Origin: Megasphaera hexanoica
GTDB taxonomy: Bacteria > Bacillota > Negativicutes > Veillonellales > Megasphaeraceae
DNA: 40,000 nucleotides
Direction: 5' to 3'
Assembly (NCBI RefSeq): GCF_043520715.1
Contig: NZ_CP171361.1
Span: forward strand, 1,057,941 to 1,097,940
Part shown: positions 19,365 to 29,754 of the stretch, piece by piece
Position numbering within the stretch: the first letter of the stretch is position 1
Layout: every line of letters starts with the position of its first letter
Position numbers and translations under genes: made by a program
The notes under the pieces: model-generated
Databases searched by the model: none
What the model was told of the DNA's origin: nothing
The model's input: only the letters and a program-made list of their open reading frames with translations

Positions 19365-20132
19365 ATGAAGGTAAGTACAGCCATGATAGATAAAGCAATT
19401 CGCGACCGATACCAGGAACCTAATTGGTTGTTAGGGTTTGAAGTTGGGAACAGTACCGGCGCTGAGTTAAAGCGGCATGCGGATGCTGTTGCAATTAATC
19501 AGTATCCGTCACGGTCGTTTGAAACGATTGGCATGGAAGTAAAAATCAGCAAAGGAGATTTACGGCGCGAACTGGAAGATGCGGACAAGTGCGATGAATT
19601 GTATAAGTACGTAAATGAGTGGTATTTAGTTGTCCCGAAAGGATTAACGGACGGGGAACTAATACCGCCTAATTGGGGCATCATGGAATATCATGAGAAG
19701 TCGGGACGCCTGCGCATAAAACAACCGGCGAAATGGCATGATGCGGTTGTGGATAAGGGATTCATGATAGCGTTTGTACGCGGACTGGGAAGATCCGATG
19801 ATTACACGAAACAGCAAGCCTATAGGGAAGCCTACAATACAGTAAGATTTCAAGAAGAGCAAGCACAAAAAGAACTAGCGGCATTGCGAACGTCACTAGA
19901 AAAAATACGTAAGGCCACAGGAATAGATTTGGTTGAATGGAATGCAGATAGGTATATCAAAATCATTCAAGTTGCAACAAATATTTCAGATCAGTTGAAG
20001 CTAGGGTCTGCATCCCGTCTAAATTTGCAGACTCAGATAGAAGCGAGTATCGAATTAATGACAGACGCAGCCCAAAAGATAGAAAGCGCCTATAAAGGAA
20101 TTTTGCCATTGCTAGGGGGTGAAAAAGGATAG
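19365..20132 (+). CDS. PD-(D/E)XK nuclease-like (MmcB-like) protein with a C-terminal coiled coil
   Basis: HADAVAIN...ETIGMEVKISKGDL fits a D...E.K nuclease core. The assignment is tentative. Confidence 0.4.
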   Translation: MKVSTAMIDKAIRDRYQEPNWLLGFEVGNSTGAELKRHADAVAINQYPSRSFETIGMEVKISKGDLRRELEDADKCDELYKYVNEWYLVVPKGLTDGELIPPNWGIMEYHEKSGRLRIKQPAKWHDAVVDKGFMIAFVRGLGRSDDYTKQQAYREAYNTVRFQEEQAQKELAALRTSLEKIRKATGIDLVEWNADRYIKIIQVATNISDQLKLGSASRLNLQTQIEASIELMTDAAQKIESAYKGILPLLGGEKG

Positions 20133-20184
20133 ATGCAGACCGCCGCCATGATGCGGACAAGTAAGCTATACAGGAGGTAGGAAC

Positions 20185-20637
20185 ATGACAGCTGATGAGT
20201 ATTTAGGCCAGTACCGGCTGATTGAAGCCGAAATAAAACAGCGTGAAAAGTTAATTAATAGAATGAGGAGAGAAATATTTAGCGGCCCGACTGATAATGT
20301 TACAGCTAACATCGATGGCGCTATCAGAGGGGGCAATAGCAATTACTGGGACGCCCGTAGTTTGGAGCAGTACAAGGATGAATTAGGCAAACAGGAGGAA
20401 AAAGTAAAGGCGTATCGTAAATTTCAGATGGATGTCATCAAACAGATAGATTCCATGGAAAGCAGGATAGACAGAGTTATATTGTACAGCAAGTACATAG
20501 ATGGTCTGACCTGGGAAGAAGTAGCAAAAGAAACGGGGTATAGCTTCGGCTATGCCCGCGGATATCTAAAAAGCGTGGCCCTTAATCATTTTTTTATTAA
20601 ATATAATAAGCAATTCTACAAAATAAATAGCAAATAG
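20185..20637 (+). CDS. Sigma-70 region-4-like late-gene regulator (DUF1492-like)
   Basis: N-terminus MTADEYLGQYRLIEAEIKQ... and C-terminal HTH (ILYSKYIDGLTWEEVAKETGYSFGYARGYLKSVALNHF). It is the last gene before the packaging module. Confidence 0.6.
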   Translation: MTADEYLGQYRLIEAEIKQREKLINRMRREIFSGPTDNVTANIDGAIRGGNSNYWDARSLEQYKDELGKQEEKVKAYRKFQMDVIKQIDSMESRIDRVILYSKYIDGLTWEEVAKETGYSFGYARGYLKSVALNHFFIKYNKQFYKINSK

Positions 20638-20701
20638 AATAAACTCAGTACAAAATAATACATAGAGTCGTGGTATACTATATAGTAAAGAAGTGTGAAT
20701 A

Positions 20702-20734
20702 AGGGCGCATCGAATAGGTGACGCCCTGTTTTTA
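20702..20734 (+). terminator. Terminator-like hairpin (AGGGCG-loop-CGCCCT + GTTTTTA) between the early and late regions
   Basis: A GC stem plus T-run 65 nt after the regulator gene. It is preceded by an extended -10-like TGGTATACT at 20671-20679. Confidence 0.45.
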
Positions 20735-20818
20735 TGTCAAAAATTGAACAGGGGGTAGGGGTATAGGCAAAGGGGACCGCTTCCCCGGAAGCCTAAACCA
20801 GTTAAGGGCGGTGAAATC

Positions 20819-21235
20819 ATGTTGACAAGAATATGCAGCATATGTGGGCAGATACATCCACAAGGACAGCCTTGCCCGCAGGCTTCCAAGCGGCACAAAG
20901 AATATGATACCGAACATAGAAACAAGGGGGCGGCCCGGATCTACCACGGGACGACATGGCGCAGGCTGAGACGTATCATCATGGCCATGGCGAATGGGTT
21001 GGATGAGTACGAACTATATGCTAATAATCACATTGTTAAAGCAGATACTGTACATCATATAGAACCGCTGGAAGATGAGCCAGGCAAAGCCTATGACATT
21101 ACCAATTTGATAGCTGTAAGCAGAAAGACACACGCTAAGATACATGAAGCGTACAACCGCTCAGAGGCTGATAGTAGCGCGATTAAAAATATGTTGAAGC
21201 GGATTGCCGGGCAGCACACCGGTGGGGGTGTTTGA
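20819..21235 (+). CDS. HNH endonuclease (packaging-associated)
   Basis: The HNH core (VHHIEPL....N.....H..IH) follows N-terminal Cys pairs. It lies directly upstream of the terminase genes, as in cos-type HK97-like phages. Confidence 0.8.
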   Translation: MLTRICSICGQIHPQGQPCPQASKRHKEYDTEHRNKGAARIYHGTTWRRLRRIIMAMANGLDEYELYANNHIVKADTVHHIEPLEDEPGKAYDITNLIAVSRKTHAKIHEAYNRSEADSSAIKNMLKRIAGQHTGGGV

Positions 21236-21312
21236 AAAAGTTTTTATTACTCCTCAGGTCCCCGCGCGTCCTATCATCTTTCGCAAAAAATCCCCGATGG
21301 AGGTGATCAGAG

Positions 21313-21780
21313 ATGGCAACGCCACGAAAAAGACTGTCCATGTGTACGAAACACATGACGAAAAAAGAGAAAATCGATAAGCAGCAGGCGGAAAAACGGC
21401 TGAAAGTGGCACGGGACCAGTTGAAGCCACCTGATTTTTTGCCGGATATCGCCAAAGAAGAATTTTGCCGGGTGGCCAGGGAAGCGGCCGGGGCAGATTT
21501 TTTGGATAACCTCGATTTATCAATTTTAGCTATTTATGCTGACAACTGGGCTAAATATATCCGGGCATCTGAAGCCATTCAGCGGGAAGGATTAACCTAC
21601 GAAACAGCCAAAGGAAATATTTTCCCGTCTCCATACGTCAATATTGCCGACAAAGCCGCTGCAATGATTATGCGGTGCAGCAGTAAGCTGGGACTGGCTA
21701 CGACGGACCGATTGAAATTAATCATTCCGGAAAAAGAGGAAAAGCCAGCCAACAAATTTATCAAGCTGCTTGACGCGTAA
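21313..21780 (+). CDS. terS: Terminase small subunit, P27 family
   Basis: ...LSILAIYADNWAKYIRASEAIQREGLTYE...PYVNIADKAAAMIMRCSSKLGLATTDRLKL is typical of the P27 family. GGAGGTG RBS. Confidence 0.85.
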   Translation: MATPRKRLSMCTKHMTKKEKIDKQQAEKRLKVARDQLKPPDFLPDIAKEEFCRVAREAAGADFLDNLDLSILAIYADNWAKYIRASEAIQREGLTYETAKGNIFPSPYVNIADKAAAMIMRCSSKLGLATTDRLKLIIPEKEEKPANKFIKLLDA

Positions 21781-21782
21781 GC

Positions 21783-23528
21783 ATGAAAGACCATACGACC
21801 GAATACGCGCGGCTGGTATTGAGTGGTAAACGGCTGGCTGGCCGGACAGAAAAGCTGGCGTGCAAGCGTCATATTGACGATATGCACCGGAAAGGGTTCC
21901 CGTATATTTTCGACGTCAAAGAAGCCGAAAAGCATATCAAAATAGCGAATACGCTAACCATCGGCGAAGGGACTGAAAAACGGCCGCTTGTTACAAGAGG
22001 TTTTCAAAACTTCATTATCGGATCTATCTTTGGCTGGCGTAAAAAACGAAGTAAAGAGCGGCGATATCGTGAAGCCTACGTACAAATGGGGCGGCAAAAT
22101 GGCAAATCTTTCATAGCCGGGGAGCTCTGCAACGACTTTGCCACGTTTTCCGGGTATCATAACGGCAATGTGTTCTGTACGGCTACAAAAATGGACCAGG
22201 CTAAAATCGTGTGGAAAGAGGTAAAGAAATTTATCTATTCCGACAATGATTTGAAGCAGCTGTATAAGGTCAAGGACTATGTGTCAAGCATCCTCTCCCT
22301 GGTAACGGGGAATGAAATAAAGGCGATTGGCCGTGACACAACTTCCGCCGACGGCTTCCGGTCCATCCTTGCGGTTATCGATGAATATCATGCACATGCG
22401 TCCGATCAGATGTATAAACTCATGCTGGATGGTCAAATCAAAGTAGACTCAGCTCTCACCATCGCCATAACGACGGCAGGATTTAACTTGAATGGCCCTT
22501 GTTATCAGCAATACCAATTTTGTAAGAAGGTGCTGGAAGGCGTCATCAAGAAAGAAACCCTGTTTATTTATATCGCTGAAATGGATGAAGACGATGATAT
22601 ATGGCAGCCTAAGAATTGGGCTAAGGCCAATCCGCTGATACTGTGGCAGGATGACACGACGCTGGACAAATCAATGATGGCCAGGATGGCCGAAAAAGCC
22701 ATTGACGCCAAAGAAAAAGGCGGCGCTGACCTGGTGAACTTTCAGACGAAATCGCTCAATACATGGGTAACGTATACCGGCGGCTCATTGATTGACCTTA
22801 AAGCCTGGAAGATGTGTGAAAGTGATTTGACGATAGCCGATATGGCCGGTCATGACTGCTATTTAGGCATCGACTTATCAAGCGGCGGCGACTTAACATC
22901 TATTGCGCTGCTGTTTGCAATCCCAGACGATAACGTTTACATATGGAGCAAGTCATATATGCCGGAGTTACGTCTGGCAGAACATCAAAAAACAGATGAA
23001 GCACCTTATGGAGAATGGGCAAAGCATGGATTGATTACGCTGACATCGGGAATGTACGGTATCAAAACGGACTATAAAGCAATCATTGCGGACCTGAAGC
23101 AGCTCATAGATGATTATCATCTGAATATCGTCGGTTGTGGCTATGATGCGCACAATGCGAGTGCCTTTTTAGGCGATTTAGAGGATGTACTGAACTGTGA
23201 TTTGACAGAAGTCAAGCAGTCGGCGCGGTCATTGAACGATACAACGAAAGACTTCCAGTTATCCGTAGAAGCCAGGCAGGTACGCTATGACAAACACAAT
23301 GATTTGCTTACATGGAGCGTCGTCAATGCCATTATTTCCGCCCCGAATTCATTCGGGGAAATCAAAGTCGATAAAATGACACAGACCGAACGGATTGACC
23401 CCATCGACGCTATCATTGATGCATGGAAAATATGGTTCCTGCTGAAAGACGACAATAAAGGTGATGGAGAAGCGGCCCTGGACATGTGGCTGGGCATAAC
23501 CGACAAGAAAGAAGGTGAGAACGCGTGA
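21783..23528 (+). CDS. terL: Terminase large subunit
   Basis: 581 aa. ATPase motifs (QMGRQNGKS Walker A-like, AVIDEYH Walker B). Position and size are typical. Confidence 0.9.
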   Translation: MKDHTTEYARLVLSGKRLAGRTEKLACKRHIDDMHRKGFPYIFDVKEAEKHIKIANTLTIGEGTEKRPLVTRGFQNFIIGSIFGWRKKRSKERRYREAYVQMGRQNGKSFIAGELCNDFATFSGYHNGNVFCTATKMDQAKIVWKEVKKFIYSDNDLKQLYKVKDYVSSILSLVTGNEIKAIGRDTTSADGFRSILAVIDEYHAHASDQMYKLMLDGQIKVDSALTIAITTAGFNLNGPCYQQYQFCKKVLEGVIKKETLFIYIAEMDEDDDIWQPKNWAKANPLILWQDDTTLDKSMMARMAEKAIDAKEKGGADLVNFQTKSLNTWVTYTGGSLIDLKAWKMCESDLTIADMAGHDCYLGIDLSSGGDLTSIALLFAIPDDNVYIWSKSYMPELRLAEHQKTDEAPYGEWAKHGLITLTSGMYGIKTDYKAIIADLKQLIDDYHLNIVGCGYDAHNASAFLGDLEDVLNCDLTEVKQSARSLNDTTKDFQLSVEARQVRYDKHNDLLTWSVVNAIISAPNSFGEIKVDKMTQTERIDPIDAIIDAWKIWFLLKDDNKGDGEAALDMWLGITDKKEGENA

Positions 23529-24760
23529 AGTTATTAGACAAAATCAAGAAAAAGATCAGAAACAGCTCTGATAGTGCCGATGTCATCAGCTTATCGACTA
23601 TCAACGAGCTGTTTTTTAATAACCAGGCGAACACTGGCGGGCCGGATATAAGCGAAATCACCTATTTTACATGTCTGAAAACGCTGGCTGAAAGCATCGG
23701 GAAAATGCCTTTATATCTCATGGACGAGAATAAAAACAGGATTATGGACCATGATGTTATGCAGCTGTTCAATGTGCAGCCCAATCAGTACATGACGCCG
23801 ATACAGTTTTTCACGTATTTGGAATATTGCCGCAACCATTATGGCAATGCATACGCCTACATTGCTATGAACGGCGGTAAATTCATTGGTATCTATCCCC
23901 TGGACCCGCGGCGTATTGAAATATGGGTAAACAACACCGAAGAATTTACCAGGCGATCGTTTTATTACCGCTATATGGATGAACGCAACGGCAACAGCTA
24001 TTGGTTTTTGCCGGATGAAATCATCCATGTAAAGAGCTGGATAACCGGCGATAGTGGATTAAGCGGCAAAAGCGTCAGGGAGATACTGGCAACGAATATG
24101 GCGGGCAGTAAGGCCAGCCAGAAGTTTTTAAATGACTTGTATCAAAAAGGATTAACGGCCAATGCGGTCGTGAAATACGTAGGGGACTTGAGTAAAGAAA
24201 AGCAAAGCCTGTTACTATCACGAATTGAAGAACAAGCCAGGGAAAACGGCCGGCGGATTATTACGCTGCCGATTGGGTTTGACATTCAAACGTTAGATCT
24301 GAAACTGACAGACAGCCAATTCTACGAATTGAAGAAGTACAATGCCCTGCAGATCGCCGCAGCCTTCGGGATAAAGCCGAACAATCTGAATGATTACAGT
24401 AAATCCAGCTATGCCAACAGCAGCGCGCAAAACCTCAGCTTTTATGTTGATACGCTGCTATACAATATCACGCTGTATGAGCAGGAATTAAACCGGAAAC
24501 TGCTGACGCGGAAAGAACAGAAAAGCGGGCTAGAGTTTAAATTTAACGTCAAAGTGATTTTGAGAGGTGATCCTACACAGCAAGCCGACGTCTTGCAAAA
24601 ACTCGTTAGCACGTCCATCTATTCGCCGAACGATGCGCGCCGGCAATTAGATATTCCGCCGACAAAAGGCGGCGATGTCCATATCGTCAACGGCTCATAT
24701 GTAGCGCTACAAGATATTGGCATCGCCTATAGAGGAAATAAAGGAGGTGAAAATAGTTGA
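23525..24760 (+). CDS. Portal protein, HK97 family
   Basis: 411 aa, GTG start after GAAGGTGAG. Follows terL and precedes the protease, with a family-typical sequence (...QIAAAFGI.P..L). Confidence 0.85.
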   Translation: MKLLDKIKKKIRNSSDSADVISLSTINELFFNNQANTGGPDISEITYFTCLKTLAESIGKMPLYLMDENKNRIMDHDVMQLFNVQPNQYMTPIQFFTYLEYCRNHYGNAYAYIAMNGGKFIGIYPLDPRRIEIWVNNTEEFTRRSFYYRYMDERNGNSYWFLPDEIIHVKSWITGDSGLSGKSVREILATNMAGSKASQKFLNDLYQKGLTANAVVKYVGDLSKEKQSLLLSRIEEQARENGRRIITLPIGFDIQTLDLKLTDSQFYELKKYNALQIAAAFGIKPNNLNDYSKSSYANSSAQNLSFYVDTLLYNITLYEQELNRKLLTRKEQKSGLEFKFNVKVILRGDPTQQADVLQKLVSTSIYSPNDARRQLDIPPTKGGDVHIVNGSYVALQDIGIAYRGNKGGENS

Positions 24761-25506
24761 TTAGAGTAGAAAACAGCGCCGATAAAGCGGAAATTTATAT
24801 TTCCGGGGATATCATCGACGATGACGAAGGCGCCATTATGGCATGGTGGGACGAGGGAGACGCCTATCAATGGCCGTCAGATATCAAAAAGCAGCTTGAC
24901 GAGGTAAAAGGCAAGGATTTGACCATATACATCAATTCAAGTGGCGGCAGCGTACCAGCGGGCGTAGCCATTGCCAATATGATCAAACGCCATGATGGCC
25001 ATACCACGGCGGTAGTTGATGGATGGTGTTGTTCGATTGCGACACAGATATTTTTCGCCGCCGATGATAGACAAATCCCTAAAAATGCCTACCTTATGAT
25101 TCATAAGCCGGCAACAGGTATTGTAGGTAACGCCGATGACCTGGAAAAAGCCATTACCTTTTTGAATACTATCCAAGAGGGCATGGAAACAGTTTATAAC
25201 GACGCTGCGAATGATGACGTAACGCCGGAAACGATTCATGACATGGTAAATGATGAAACATGGCTGACGGGAGAACAGGCAAAACAGTATTTCAATGTTA
25301 CCGTATTGGATAGCACACAGACGGTCGCAAAAGCGGGGAAATCGGAAAACATGAAGAATATCCCTGATGCAATCATAGCCGCCTGGAAAAAGCAGAACGC
25401 CGCTGATGATGCGGAGCAGAAAGCAAAACGACAGAGATTGCAAAAGGATTTGAACAATAAAATCACGATTGCGGTCGCAAAAGCGAAAGGAGTTTTAGCA
25501 GAATGA
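24757..25506 (+). CDS. ClpP-like (S14) prohead maturation protease
   Basis: INSSGGSV.AG.AI...I........VDG...S.A..IF.A.D.R......LMIHKP. TTG start after AAAGGAGGTG. Confidence 0.85.
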   Translation: MIRVENSADKAEIYISGDIIDDDEGAIMAWWDEGDAYQWPSDIKKQLDEVKGKDLTIYINSSGGSVPAGVAIANMIKRHDGHTTAVVDGWCCSIATQIFFAADDRQIPKNAYLMIHKPATGIVGNADDLEKAITFLNTIQEGMETVYNDAANDDVTPETIHDMVNDETWLTGEQAKQYFNVTVLDSTQTVAKAGKSENMKNIPDAIIAAWKKQNAADDAEQKAKRQRLQKDLNNKITIAVAKAKGVLAE

Positions 25507-26630
25507 AAAAGAGCGAAGAATTAAGACGAACGATTAATGACCTCAAGACCGAAGTAGAAAATTTGCAGGCAGCAGAACAGTATGACGATGCTGCAGCTAA
25601 AGCCAAAGAATTGGAAGAAGCAATTAACCAGTACAATGCGGCGAAAGCAATTGAAAAAGTCCAGGGATTGGACGTGACAAACAATCCACTGGAACCGGAA
25701 AACAAGAACACGGCTGTAACCGCAAATTTGAAGAACCGGATTTTTAACAAGCTCGTGTTAGGGCGTCCGCTGACGGAAGAAGAAACCGCAGCATATAACA
25801 CCGCGGGTACGCCGGGACTTGTAGAAGCATCTCCGGAAAAAGGCGGTTACGTAGTGCCGGAAGAACAGATGAACACAGTATATGAATACCGCCGCCAGAT
25901 GGTATCGTTGAAACCATACTGCAATATTACCCCTGTCACGTCTTTAAGCGGGAGAATGCCGGCCATGGGTACTGAAACAGGCGTATTGACGGAGTTTGAC
26001 GAATTGAACGAAATCAAGCAGTCTGATTTTGACTTTGAACAGAAAACATATAATGTCAAAACTTATGGTGATATTATCCCGGTTTCTAATCAGCTTTTGG
26101 CCGACAATGACGTAAATATCATGTCGATTATTGGCCGTCGCTTCACGCGTAAAGCGGTAAACACGGAAAATGCAAGCATTTTGAGCCTGCTGAAAGCATT
26201 GTCTGCTACGACAATCACCGACTATAAGGGCATTGTGAAAGCCATCTTTAAGACCCTTGACCCGACGATTGGCTTGAGTGCTAAAATCTTTACCAATCAG
26301 ACGGGGATTGACTATCTGGCAGAATTAGATGACGCACAAAAAAGACCGCTGCTGACGCCGGATTTAGCTAATCCGCAGCAGTTACTTTTGCGCGGGCATC
26401 AGATTGTATCTTTGCCGGACAGCCTGCTTACAGTAGAGGGGCAAATCCCGTTTTTTGTTGGCAGCATGAGCGATGCAGTCGCTTTTTACGACCGAAAAGG
26501 CGTAGAAGTAGCCGTATCGACAGAAGCCGGGTTTACGCGCTATGTTACCTATATCCGGGCAATCGAACGGTACGATGTAAAGATGCTGGATAAAGACGCG
26601 GTTGTATTGTTGCAGATTGCCAATGCGTAG
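25503..26630 (+). CDS. Major capsid protein, HK97 family
   Basis: 375 aa. An N-terminal coiled-coil delta-like region is followed by the HK97-fold region. Located after the protease. Confidence 0.85.
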   Translation: MKKSEELRRTINDLKTEVENLQAAEQYDDAAAKAKELEEAINQYNAAKAIEKVQGLDVTNNPLEPENKNTAVTANLKNRIFNKLVLGRPLTEEETAAYNTAGTPGLVEASPEKGGYVVPEEQMNTVYEYRRQMVSLKPYCNITPVTSLSGRMPAMGTETGVLTEFDELNEIKQSDFDFEQKTYNVKTYGDIIPVSNQLLADNDVNIMSIIGRRFTRKAVNTENASILSLLKALSATTITDYKGIVKAIFKTLDPTIGLSAKIFTNQTGIDYLAELDDAQKRPLLTPDLANPQQLLLRGHQIVSLPDSLLTVEGQIPFFVGSMSDAVAFYDRKGVEVAVSTEAGFTRYVTYIRAIERYDVKMLDKDAVVLLQIANA

Positions 26631-26639
26631 GTGGTTTGA

Positions 26640-26915
26640 ATGACAATCGACGATATCAAGACATATCTCAGAGTTGATCATGATGACGACGACAATTTAA
26701 TCAATCAGCTTGAAAAAACGGCAGATGCGTATTTAGCGTCTGCCGTTACTGATTATAGCAGCCATTACGAAAACGATGAGAATTTCAAAGCGTCGGCGGA
26801 TATGGCAAAACTGGCAATCATTGCCGAGCTCTACGAAAATCGCAATGAAGCCAAACAGGACGACTATAGCTTTACAATCCGCAGCATGATTACACAACTG
26901 CAATACTGGGAGTGA
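26640..26915 (+). CDS. Head-tail connector (gp6-like, Phage_connect_1)
   Basis: MTIDDIKTYLRVDHDDDD.LI..L...A..YL is the family-typical N-terminus. Confidence 0.75.
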   Translation: MTIDDIKTYLRVDHDDDDNLINQLEKTADAYLASAVTDYSSHYENDENFKASADMAKLAIIAELYENRNEAKQDDYSFTIRSMITQLQYWE

Positions 26916-26919
26916 TACC

Positions 26920-27276
26920 ATGCAGAAAATAGGTACGCTTGATAAGCGGGTGCATCTGCTGGGCTATAAAGATGTAAAGAACGACAACGGCTTTTATGAG
27001 CAGCAGTTTGTAGATCTGGTAGGACATCCGGTATATGCCAGAATCGAGCCGGCACGGGGCAAGTCTTTCTATGAGCAGTATGAAGCCAATAAAGACGCTT
27101 CGACATATATGCTGAAAATAACCATCCGGTATCGCAAGGGCATAGATGAAAATACGGTCGTTCAGTATGGCGATAACCTGTATAACGTCATAACCGCCAT
27201 TGACCCATATATGCGGCATGAAAAGTTGGAACTCATGGTAAATCAAAGGAAACGAGGTGCGGATGATGACGATTGA
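26920..27276 (+). CDS. Head closure / head-tail joining protein
   Basis: Size, synteny and family-like pattern (...IRYR.GI.....V.Y.....Y.I..). Confidence 0.7.
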   Translation: MQKIGTLDKRVHLLGYKDVKNDNGFYEQQFVDLVGHPVYARIEPARGKSFYEQYEANKDASTYMLKITIRYRKGIDENTVVQYGDNLYNVITAIDPYMRHEKLELMVNQRKRGADDDD

Positions 27277-27661
27277 TGAGTTTATTAATCGGATAGACGT
27301 AGCTAATGAGAGGTTCCCTTATGAATGTGAAGAAGCTCTGGAAAAAGCCACTAAGACCATGCAAAAAGAACTGAAAAACGCAACACCGGATAGTGGCAAA
27401 GAGCATAAGCATAAATTAAATAAAAGCTGGAAACATGACATGGAGGGCCATTCTGGCGATACATTTAAGGGCGTGATTTGGAATACGGCGCCACATTATC
27501 ATTTGGTAGAGCGCGGGCACGCGAAAGTAGCACCCAGCGGGCGCGTTTTTGGGCATCAGCCTGGCACACATTTTAAAGATAAGACTGTCGCCGCAAAGAA
27601 ACCGGACATAGTGCAAAAAATGCACACTGATTTATATGAGAAGTTGAGTGATAAGTTTTGA
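27263..27661 (+). CDS. HK97 gp10-family head-tail protein
   Basis: ...APHYHLVERGH... motif. ACGAGGTG RBS before the ATG at 27263. Confidence 0.7.
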   Translation: MMTIDEFINRIDVANERFPYECEEALEKATKTMQKELKNATPDSGKEHKHKLNKSWKHDMEGHSGDTFKGVIWNTAPHYHLVERGHAKVAPSGRVFGHQPGTHFKDKTVAAKKPDIVQKMHTDLYEKLSDKF

Positions 27662-28122
27662 GCCAGATAATTACACGTACGGATATTGTGAAAAGCACCA
27701 AGGATTTGTTGGAAAAAACATTCCCGGGGTGCTTTTTTTATGCCGATGAAGTAAAGGAAAATTTTAAAAAGCCATGCTTTTTTATCGGGATCATCTCAAC
27801 AAGCCGGCCACAAACAAAAGAATTTACGGAAAAAGAAGTGACTATCTACGTCACATATTATCCAAAGGACAGCAACCGGAAACAAAGCCATTACATGGAC
27901 GTCTTCGAAAAGATCTTTACCGCTGTAGGGCGGGGAATACATGTAAATGACAGGTTTTTGCATGTGGATGCGGTCAGCGATGACACGGCAGGAGAGGACA
28001 ACGATATTTTACGGGTCAGTATCAATATTACGTATCTGGAAGCTATCGACCGTAGCAGCGAAGAAACTACAACCGATACGCTGGATGAAGTCGCAATGGA
28101 AACGAAAATTAAAGAATTATAG
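27658..28122 (+). CDS. Tail completion/terminator-position protein (hypothetical)
   Basis: The call rests on synteny between the gp10-like gene and the sheath gene. TTG start overlaps the upstream stop. Confidence 0.5.
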   Translation: MSQIITRTDIVKSTKDLLEKTFPGCFFYADEVKENFKKPCFFIGIISTSRPQTKEFTEKEVTIYVTYYPKDSNRKQSHYMDVFEKIFTAVGRGIHVNDRFLHVDAVSDDTAGEDNDILRVSINITYLEAIDRSSEETTTDTLDEVAMETKIKEL

Positions 28123-28143
28123 CTATAAAGGAGCGTGGATACT

Positions 28144-29298
28144 ATGCCAAAACTGGGCATGCCTAATGTAGATATTGCATTCAGAGAAAAAGGCATTGAA
28201 GCAGTGGAACGGAGCCAACATGGCATTGAAATGCTGCTGCTGGAAGAAGATTCTTCGACGATTGAAACGTTACTGAAAGACCACACAGAAGGGACGGAAA
28301 CCGTAGCCGCCCTTAAAAACCCGTTCACCTTATATACGATTGACGGCATTCCATCATCGTTGAGTGATGAAAATAAAGACTATATTACCAAGTCTTTTAT
28401 TGGCTATCAGAAATCCCCGCGGCGGGTAAAAGTATATTTAATGGCCAAATCGGAAAGCACGGAAGCCGACAAATTCACAGCCTCGCTGAAAGCCATTGCC
28501 AATGAAAATTGGGATTACCTGGCAATCCCGACAATCGCAGAAGCACAAAAAGAAACCGTCGGCACCTGGATAAAGAACCAGCGTGACAACATGAAAAATA
28601 GAATTAAAGTCGTGTTGCCGGCATATAAAGGCGATAATGAAGGGATTATCAACTTCACCAATACCTTTATTACAACGAGCACCAAAAAGTATACCGGCGC
28701 AGAATATACGCCGCGTATTGCCGGTCTGATTTGTGGTACGCCGATGACCATTTCAGCGACATACGCGCCGCTGAGTGAAGTCGTTGATTGTGATCAGTAC
28801 GACCCGGACGAACGCGATGAAAAAGTAAATAACGGTGAATTTTTCGTATGGTATGACAAAGAAAAATTCAAAATGAGCCGTGCTATGAATAGTCTTGTGA
28901 CGACTGGGCAGGACAAACTGGAAGCATACCAGACAATCAAGACCGTGGACGTAATGGATATGATGTATGTGGATATCCGGAAAACGGCGGAAGATAGCTA
29001 TATCGGCAAGTATACGAACGACTATGATAACAAATGTCTGCTGATGTCGGCAATCAAAGGGTATTTTCTGGAACTGGAAAAAGGCCGACTGCTGCAAAAA
29101 GGGAAGAGCACGATTGATTTAGACGTTGACGCTATCAAGAATTGGCGTATTTCCAACGGGAAAAACACGGAAGAAGAATTAGCTGATATGTCGGATCAGG
29201 AAATCAAAGAGCTTGATACGAAAAAGAAAGTATTCCTTAAAGCAAGCGTTGTTATTCTTGATGCAATGGAAGATATCAGCCTTGATGTTGATATTTAG
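28144..29298 (+). CDS. Tail sheath protein (XkdK-like)
   Basis: About 384 aa immediately upstream of the XkdM-like tube gene. AAAGGAG RBS 10 nt before the ATG at 28144. Confidence 0.75.
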   Translation: MPKLGMPNVDIAFREKGIEAVERSQHGIEMLLLEEDSSTIETLLKDHTEGTETVAALKNPFTLYTIDGIPSSLSDENKDYITKSFIGYQKSPRRVKVYLMAKSESTEADKFTASLKAIANENWDYLAIPTIAEAQKETVGTWIKNQRDNMKNRIKVVLPAYKGDNEGIINFTNTFITTSTKKYTGAEYTPRIAGLICGTPMTISATYAPLSEVVDCDQYDPDERDEKVNNGEFFVWYDKEKFKMSRAMNSLVTTGQDKLEAYQTIKTVDVMDMMYVDIRKTAEDSYIGKYTNDYDNKCLLMSAIKGYFLELEKGRLLQKGKSTIDLDVDAIKNWRISNGKNTEEELADMSDQEIKELDTKKKVFLKASVVILDAMEDISLDVDI

Positions 29299-29309
29299 GA
29301 GGTGATACC

Positions 29310-29744
29310 ATGGATGAATTTAATGCGCAGCAAGTTATGAGCGGGACCGAAGGCGAAGTCTGGATTGACGGTAAAAAAATAGCTGAAGTCACTGCTTTTA
29401 AAGCGGAAATAAAATTAATCAAAGAAGAAGTTAACCAGGTCAAAAAGCGGTTCAAGCAGTACAAGACAACCGGGGCAGAAGGCTCTGGCAATGTCAAAAT
29501 GAACCATGTCAGCTCGTTTTTTATTAACAAGATGGGTGATAATATCAAAAACGGGCACCAGACAGTTTGCACTATCGTAGCTAAACTGGATGATCCGGAC
29601 GCTATCGGCTCCGAACGTGTCGTTATCCGGGATGCAACATTTGATAAATTAACCCTAATGGACTGGGAAGCGAAGAAGCTGACCACCGATGATTATGATT
29701 TTACGTTTACTGATTTTGACGTCATTGATACGGCAAACGATTAG
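29310..29744 (+). CDS. Tail tube protein (XkdM-like)
   Basis: ...SGTEGEVWIDGKKIAEVTAFKAEIKLIKEEVN......TGAEGSG.VKMNHV.S resembles the XkdM family. AGGAGGTG RBS. Confidence 0.8.
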   Translation: MDEFNAQQVMSGTEGEVWIDGKKIAEVTAFKAEIKLIKEEVNQVKKRFKQYKTTGAEGSGNVKMNHVSSFFINKMGDNIKNGHQTVCTIVAKLDDPDAIGSERVVIRDATFDKLTLMDWEAKKLTTDDYDFTFTDFDVIDTAND

Positions 29745-29754
29745 GAGGTAGCAC

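Noticed and set aside
24937-25801. Minus-strand ORFs inside the protease and capsid genes (24937-25443, 25236-25466, 25463-25801)
   Set aside because: They are antisense to well-supported head genes, lack RBSs and have no recognisable motifs.
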